64,000 bases of DNA. Origin: Octopus bimaculoides. Taxonomy: Eukaryota. The stretch spans positions 139,017,853-139,081,852 of the forward strand of contig NC_068982.1 of the NCBI RefSeq assembly GCF_001194135.2, written 5' to 3'. The translations under genes were made by a program, and so were the position numbers. Positions 63,760 through 64,000 of the stretch are shown here, piece by piece (position 1 is the first letter of the stretch; each line of letters begins with the position of its first letter). The notes under the pieces were generated by a model that was not told the DNA's origin, searched no databases, and worked only from the letters and a program-made list of their open reading frames with translations.

Positions 63760-63990
63760 AAGGCGACGAGGTGGAAGAAACGTTAGCACGCTGGACGAAA
63801 TGCTTAGCAGTATTTCGTCTGTCTTTACGTTCTGAGTTCAAATTCGGCCGCGGTCGACTTTGCCTTTCATTGTTTCGGGGTCGATAAATTAAGTACCAGT
63901 TACGCACTGAGGTTGGTGTAATCGACTTATTCCCTTTGTCTGTCCTTGTTTGTGCCCTCTATGTTTAGCCCTTTGTGGGCAATAAAGAAA
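63760..63990 (+). mobile_element. SINE A (GTCTGTCC-tail subfamily), full length, with probable TSD
   Basis: Complete head, core and tail; TAAGCTTACT at 63743-63752 and 63991-64000. Confidence 0.9.
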
Positions 63991-64000
63991 TAAGCTTACT

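Overview
This is AT-rich eukaryotic (animal) DNA, not prokaryotic. It has about 15 N-gaps, dense microsatellites and many tRNA-headed SINEs. The repeat families look to me like those of a coleoid cephalopod (Octopus-like); that is recall, not a database result. No protein-coding host gene can be identified with confidence, and almost all ORFs in the supplied track are microsatellite or N-gap artefacts. The supportable content is: a Penelope-like reverse-transcriptase fragment, two RTE-clade LINE 3' ends (one with three C2H2 fingers), an R4/Dong-like 3' end, five decayed Tc1/mariner-superfamily transposase remnants (DD34E, DD37D and rosa/VS-like types), several MITEs and at least five SINE-like families (labelled A-E here). 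The most interesting signal is a small non-autonomous element present in three copies (31838-31979, 42978-43293, 60798-61026). It carries a minimal Penelope-type hammerhead ribozyme. One copy fuses it to a tRNA-like Pol III head between matched target-site duplications, and another is an inverted pseudo-LTR-like pair inside a perfect 13-bp TSD. Several low-confidence plus-strand exon candidates suggest the window may be intronic to an unidentified gene.
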